64,000 nucleotides of DNA from Gnetum montanum (taxonomy: Eukaryota; Plantae; Gnetophyta). A program made the position numbers and the translations under genes. The stretch lies in assembly GCA_015680685.1 (NCBI GenBank), contig MNCI01000668.1, positions 292,049 to 356,048 of the forward strand, read 5' to 3'. Under the pieces are notes generated by a model, which did not search any database, was not told where the DNA came from, and was given only the letters and a program-made list of their open reading frames with translations. Shown in pieces: positions 61,712 to 64,000 of this stretch; positions within the stretch are counted from its first letter, which is position 1; the number at the start of each line of letters is the position of its first letter.

Positions 61712-64000
61712 AAATACTTTGCTTTTTTGACACAATGTAAAACCTTAGATAATTACATGTACTACATTTAGAACATTATATGAGAGAAATTAGACATCTT
61801 AGTTAAATGACCCATCCATTAAAGCATTATAAATTTACCTAGGATCCTTGCAACAAATAAAAATTATTTAATAAAAGGTATTTACTTTTATAACTTTATG
61901 TTGTTATCTATTATAGAAACTATCAAGGATAATTATATGATCATGGAAGAATCGATAAAGTTGAATATAAAAGAAAGCTTAAAAAGAAATTAGGTGAGAT
62001 TCAACTTGTAGGAAAAGGATATTACATATTTTCTTTGTCATAAATGGTAACTCTTTCCATTAGGCACTAATAGTATTGTACTTGTTTGATCAAAAAATTA
62101 AGATATATGATTCTCTTATTTATTTTGAAAAACTAGATATGGTAAAGGAACTCATGTTATAGTGTTTAGTTTTTAGTTTTTTTTTTTTAAATAATTAAGC
62201 TTTGAGAGCTCCATGGATGATTTAATATGTCAAGGGAATTTCAAAACAAGAAAATAGATATGATTGTGATGTGTTATGAAATTGTTAGAGAGCCTTATAT
62301 TAAATAATTCAATGAGATTTATATAATGAAATATTAGATTATTCTAATGTCTAGCAATTAACAAAGTTTTGAACATGCGAGACTCTATACAATATTGAAA
62401 GAATGCGTGCTTGGACCATTATGGATATACATGCACCTATGAATCATCCTTAGCAAGAACCCAATCCATTTGTAAAATAGTAAACTCAGTAATATCATAT
62501 GAGAGTAGTTGTTAAATCTTGTTATAAATATTAAATATAATGACTGATATTTTTTTTTTTACTTTTGTGTGTCTAAAATCAGTTTTGTTATGAAGGAAAC
62601 ATTTGATAATAGTTAGTATCATTTGCACTTTTTGTGCATTTTTTTAGATACAAGTATTTGTAGATCATGTATAAAAAATGAATTACATTTTCTTCATAAT
62701 TATCATTTGATATGTTTCCTAGAATTTAAATGAAATATAAATTTTTATACTTTGATTTAGTTGTCATCTACTAGTCCCAACTTTAAGACTCTCTTTTGAA
62801 TGTAGAAGTGTAATGTTATTTTTTAAGAAATCATTTTAATTAAAGAACATATGAGAAATTAAATTTTTTTACTTATACTTACTAATATTCATGTATTAAA
62901 TAAGTACGACAAGAAGCTTGATTTCTTGTGGAACATCATGAAAAGTTTTTGGTACTTACATTCGTAATATGATATGTTGAAGATTTCCTACTATTATATA
63001 ATTTTTTCTTAGTATTATCAACCTTTCATTTTACATATTTCTTCCTAACTTTTGAAACATGTGAGAGACATAGAAAAATTCTATAATCAAAGTTATCATG
63101 TAAACAAAATTAAGTTTCTATTATAAAAAAAATACATAATAGCATACTTATGATGAACTTGTGTCAAAAAATAATCATCATTTTAAAAACATGTATGAAT
63201 CATGTATAATTTATTGGGTTTTAGTAGGGTTTGAATCACCATGACATTTTTTATTGAAATTTATATATGTATCTCTTCATTTATGCATGTATGTTCTATC
63301 AGTTTTTAGTACAATGCTGGTAGAGTGCTTATTTTTTAAGTTGTAATGCTTAGATTCGAGCTTGGATACAACCACTTGAAAATAGCTTATGCTTTCACTT
63401 CTCTACTAGTCCTCACAAGACCTACATGGTAGAATAAGTAATGATCCCCTTGTGTGATGATCCTTTATGAATATTTTATATTTATCATAATATATTATTG
63501 AAAGAGCAACATGAGAATGCACTTTATGGATGTAAATATGACATTTGTAGTAACTTTTGTAGAATTTTTTTCTTTTGTTTATTCCTTATCATTCAATTTA
63601 TTATCTCAATGATATCTATTATTTATTCTACATTACCAACAATATAAATGAAAAAAAAATTAATACATAAAAGGATTAAGTAATTAGAAAAGAAATTTAT
63701 ATTCTATGAAGGTAATTGAGTGCATACTCTACTACCTTATTCTTGTTCTTTATGATTTCTATTTTATACATTAAATTAAGTTCTTAAAATGGATAAATGA
63801 AGTGTAACAACTCTACTAATATGGATGCCAATCATAAGCCACCTTTTCACCATATTTTATTATATGTTATTCCATATTATTTTGTTATATGTTAAACTCT
63901 ATGATTTTATGATGTTATTTGATCACATACAACTATCGTCTTAAAGTAAGAGTAATGTCAACATGAGAAATACAAGAGACTAGCTGTGTAATACTTAGGC

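Noticed and set aside
61712-64000. AT-rich terminal region (also 54227-55179, 45120-46480)
   Set aside because: No ORF, repeat or terminal structure that could be supported by eye.

Overview
Land-plant nuclear DNA, mostly old, heavily deaminated (CpG->TpG/CpA, CAG->TAG) LTR retrotransposons around one small CpG-intact island (~38.0-40.4 kb). The only intact host gene is a classical GPI-anchored arabinogalactan protein (39475-39960, minus). The left half holds four nested copies (E1-E4) of a Ty3/gypsy Tat/Ogre-like family with 1.6-2 kb palindrome-rich LTRs and a tRNA-Asn PBS. The three copies that extend far enough (E1, E2, E4) encode gag plus protease with no RT/RNaseH/integrase and have a hairpin repeat array where pol should be. 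E4 also carries, antisense in its 3' region, a decayed but frame-consistent intron-containing gene of ~520 codons; this is the top finding. Also present: Athila-like elements (one at 46485-54226 with GTTAT TSD, two 3' remnants sharing a coiled-coil extra ORF, one solo LTR), a Met-PBS element with 581-bp LTRs (55180-61711), an L1 fragment, a probable ancient Copia remnant and a CACTA-ended hairpin. All alignments and translations were done by eye; no database searches were run, and family names rest on recalled motifs.
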